Of a DNA stretch of 64,000 nucleotides, positions 62,601-64,000 are shown piece by piece. Both the position numbers and the translations under genes were made by a program. This DNA comes from Haliotis rubra (taxonomy: Eukaryota): NCBI RefSeq assembly GCF_003918875.1, contig NW_025766983.1, forward strand, positions 1,116,001 through 1,180,000. The letters run 5' to 3'. Within the stretch, counting starts at the first letter, position 1. Each line of letters begins with the position of its first letter. Under the pieces are notes generated by a model. That model had not been told where the DNA came from. It ran no database searches and saw nothing but the letters and a program-made list of their open reading frames with translations.

Positions 62601-64000
62601 GTGGACAGCCAGATACAGCAGCGTCCACGACAACGTCAGTCGGACAGGGTCGTTACCGGCTGGAGTACAAAGAAGAAACAAGTCTGTGAGTGTTATCACG
62701 TCTTGACGATACTTCATCTTTATGGTGGCAATTCAGGTGGAACTTCAGAAGCTGTGGTATTAGTGATCGAGTGAGTATGGTTTTATGCCGCTTTTAGCAA
62801 TATTCCAGCAACATCACGGAGGGGCACACCTGAAATGAGCTTCACGCATTGTACCAATGTGGGGAGTCGAACCCAGGCCTTCGGCGTGGCGAGAGAACGC
62901 TATCCCATTGCCCCCTTAGTGACCCCACGGGGCTTCATGAGCACTGGCAGCAGAACCTTAAAACCTATTCTGACCTGGTACAAATATTGCAGTCCCCTCC
63001 TCAACAGATAGTGAGATCGGTACCTGAATCAAATGTGTCAAGACCTATATTATAGAATACCCCAACAACTACATGCACAGTCCTACTTTTTGTATTACGT
63101 ATTCTGCATTACTTTTGTAATCTACCCTCTCAAGTTGAGAGAAAACGCCGTTAGCATCCAGAAATTGGACACTTCGTCGACTTACCATTGAACATATCGA
63201 GTATGGTATGCACCACGTGATCATCTGTTAGACGCTGAGATACCTCCACTTCCTCTTCCTCATCTTCAAGTTGAGACAACAAGATGGCATCTAACACATC
63301 CCGTATGTTCTCTGCAGTAAAAGAGTAACACAATGGTGAATATTGTTCTGGGTATAAGGATTCCCAGTAATACTTCATTTTAATCAAATCCTCGAGCTGT
63401 GAATATGATTTCACGCCGCTTTTAGAAATATTCCAGCAATATCACGGCAGGGGACACCAGAAATGGGCTTCACACATTGTACCCGTGTGAGCAATCGAAC
63501 CCGGGCCTTCGGCGTGACGAGCGAACACTTTCACCACTAGGCTACCCCACCGTGCCGGGTACTTCACAAACAGAACCCAGTAGAGCAAGTTAAAAGCTTG
63601 CTTCCTCTCTAGAAATATATATTCAATATAGCCGATGCAAAAGTCCATCAATTAACATAACATCAGTAAGTAATTCAACCTATAGCTCCCCTCGTCACTA
63701 CAGATGCAGAACAAAGTCCCATAATTCACATAACAGCCGTGCAGAACCTTCAAAGTAAGTTCATTTGCTTAAAAAGGGTTCACAAAGGTTTTACTTCCAG
63801 AAAATCCAGTCATCAATACTTTGCTTCATAACATACCTGCAGCACATAATGTATGTGCAGATTGTCAGAAGATGAGTAGAACCTAATGGAACTCACCTGG
63901 GTTAAATGTTTCTTTGTGAATCTCGACTCTCTTTTCAATGTATTTCTTTAATCGCTTGACAGTCGTGAGCATGTTATTAAATCTTGGCGTCGGCAGCCAC
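59632..64000 (-). CDS. Second copy of CYP-A, exons 6 (partial) to 10; continues beyond the window
   Basis: Exons >64000-63897, 63311-63186, 62659-62555, 62214-62080, 59978-59632; same lengths and the same AGNDPV, ESMR and FSVGRRACLG motifs. Confidence 0.9.
60310..61772 (-). mobile_element. Duplicate of the intronic L2/CR1 LINE
   Basis: Same sequence and position as 17221-18680, with different indels. Confidence 0.9.

Larger units (their letters stand above)
56353..64000 (+). repeat. Near-identical duplicate of ~13330-20905 (11-bp satellite edge, SINEs, MITE, L2, CYP-A exons 6-10)
   Basis: Colinear over 7.6 kb, including the same TE insertions and TSDs. Confidence 0.97.

Overview
Eukaryotic, intron-rich, AT-rich genomic DNA with dense SINEs, most likely a gastropod mollusc (abalone-like; inferred from the SINE families, not proven). 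Left end (1-9.1 kb): an immune GTPase locus with two tandem single-exon GIMAP/AIG1 GTPase exons. They are preceded by a chain of symmetric phase-1 exons that starts with a RanBP2/NZF zinc finger, giving a candidate NZF-linker-GIMAP fusion with two possible alternative terminal GTPase exons. Middle: two head-to-head 10-exon clan-2 (CYP17A1-like) cytochrome P450 paralogues with identical intron phases (minus strand 16543-24596; plus strand 34637-42138). The minus-strand gene is fully open but has Pro in place of the catalytic I-helix Thr (AGNDPV). Mobile DNA: a decayed Tc1 (DD34E), a 5'-truncated L2/CR1 LINE in an intron, two DIRS-type tyrosine-recombinase retroelement relics, several MITEs, three SINE families and several satellites (11, 26, 27, 31, 41 and 64 bp units). 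The right ~12 kb repeats earlier parts of the window on both sides of a 100-N gap (52.2-56.25 kb copies 32.6-36.56 kb; 56.35-64 kb copies 13.3-20.9 kb), so these are recent segmental duplications and/or uncollapsed haplotypes. Most short ORFs in the supplied track are spurious. All gene models were built by hand from splice signals and reading frame, without transcript evidence.
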